DNA of 64,000 nt from the human T2T-CHM13v2.0 reference genome, Homo sapiens: NCBI RefSeq assembly GCF_009914755.1, contig NC_060927.1, one strand, 5' to 3'. The first letter of the stretch is position 1, and the number at the start of each line of letters is the position of its first letter. Shown here piece after piece: positions 62,400-64,000 of the stretch. Made by a program: the position numbers and the translations under genes. Under the pieces are notes generated by a model. It did not search any database. It was not told where the DNA came from and worked only from the letters and a program-made list of their open reading frames with translations.

Positions 62400-64000
62400 T
62401 AGACCATGATGACACCTTCAAGGAACTTGATAATTAACTCATCCATGAAATCAGGGGATAGACCTCATTCTTAAGTTGGGAACTTCCTATAAATACTTTA
62501 TTCCTGCAATGATATTTGGTGCTTACATGGGTTGGTTTATTTAACTGAACTACAATCCCATGAGATGGGAAAGGAAGTGGGCATGAGGAAGCTGTATACT
62601 GCAGCCAAGGCCATGCAGCCGGTTAGGGGTAGAGCATGCTTTGGGCCAGGATTGTCTTAACTACAAGACCAGCCCCTTTCTGTTGCACTTAAAACATGTT
62701 AAACATAGTCACATAATAACTTGTTAATATTTGCACATTGGTCAGATGGGGAGATAGCATTATCTCCGTTTTGCAGATACTGAAAGTGAGATAAAGCAGT
62801 TGTATTGCAAAGAACATAATCAGGAGAAGATCACAAAGGAATAGGAATAGAGACAGAACAACACATTTTTCTCTCATCAAGGCAATGGCATTCTCTCTCC
62901 TGCTTCACTGGCTTTCAGTTGTTCAGCAGATCCTCCCTGAGTGCCTCTGTGTCTCTCCCTGCCCTCTTCCATCATGCACACCAGAGGGAGGGCAGATACA
63001 TGCACAGCCCAGAATCCTGGATCACCTGGTGCAGGGAGTGCCCAGAGGGAGGAAGAGACTTCATAAAGCCTTCACACTGGTCTTCTGGAAGGACCGAGTC
63101 TTAGGCTAGGATGAGGAGGGAGTGGCCTGGAGGACAAGGCTGGACATAGCTCCAGATGGTTGGGGTGTCAGGCACCGGGAAGGAGGTTATGGGAGTGAAT
63201 GCCTAGGAAAGAGGCCACTGAGGATGGTGTGAGATGAGCCGGTGCAGCCAGGGAGAGCTGGAGCCACTGGAGGCTGTGAGGTGGAGGAGGGCCGTCAGTG
63301 GATTTGTCTGCTGAGATGGGTCACTGGTGACTGTGCAGGGAATGGGCTGAGGGTTGAGAACTGGGGCTCTAAAGTAAAGGTAAAGAGAAGGGATGGGTTT
63401 GAGTCTCTTTTCTAAGGAGGTGTGGGCGGGACCAGGGTCAGCTTGCATGCTAGGGCTGGGAGAGAGTGAAAGAAGTTAAAAATAAACTTCAAGGTTTCCA
63501 GCTGGAAGTACTGCACAGGTGATGTTGCCACTTATTGAAATGGCAACGGCAAGAAGACAGATTTCATGAGAAAGGAACAAGGTAAAACCACTTGGAGGCT
63601 TACTGAGTCTTTGACTCTTTGGAGACATTGAAATGAAGTGTCTTGATAAGGAGCAGAGCTCCTGCCCCGTGCAGGGGGTCCGGGTGGGGAGATTGGTTTG
63701 CGGCTCTTTAGGATATAGGTAGAAGTCACGGGACTAGGTGAGAATATACAGAGAGTACAGACGGGAGGAACCAGGAAGGCCTCCCAGTGTCTGTGGAGGC
63801 AGACGGCACAGAGAGGAAAGGAGAGGCATACAGAGCAGCAGAGAGGTGGGGGACATTAGGGGACAGAGTCCGAAAGCCGGGGGAGAAGATGGCCACGAGG
63901 GCCAGCAGGGTCAGATGCACCTCCTAACAGCAAAGCTAAAGTGAGGAGCTGATGGCCTTGACTCCACCTCTGAATTGGCATCTCACATGTACTGTGTGTC

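Overview
This is mammalian genomic DNA, primate and almost certainly human (AluY/AluJ, MIR, L2, L1M and MER elements). It lies inside the BOC gene (Brother of CDO, a Hedgehog co-receptor of the Ig/FNIII family) on the + strand. About the first 30.8 kb is a long intron upstream of the start-codon exon. Thirteen coding exons then follow between 30867 and 62220, all with GT-AG junctions and consistent phases. They splice into 2434 nt (811 codons + 1 nt) encoding the signal peptide, four Ig domains, a Pro-rich linker and three FNIII domains; the transmembrane and cytoplasmic exons lie beyond the window. I see no prokaryotic system, CRISPR array, or RNA gene. The most interesting signals are post-transcriptional: a frame-compatible 17-nt candidate microexon that would be sterically mutually exclusive with coding exon 7; a series of intronic stop codons, several with poly(A) signals, that could give truncated ectodomains; uORFs around the start codon; recursive-type AG|GT sites; and a fully palindromic (TA)n-CCCATGGG minisatellite. 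All are hypotheses from reading the sequence by eye. Repeat subfamily calls and boundaries are approximate.
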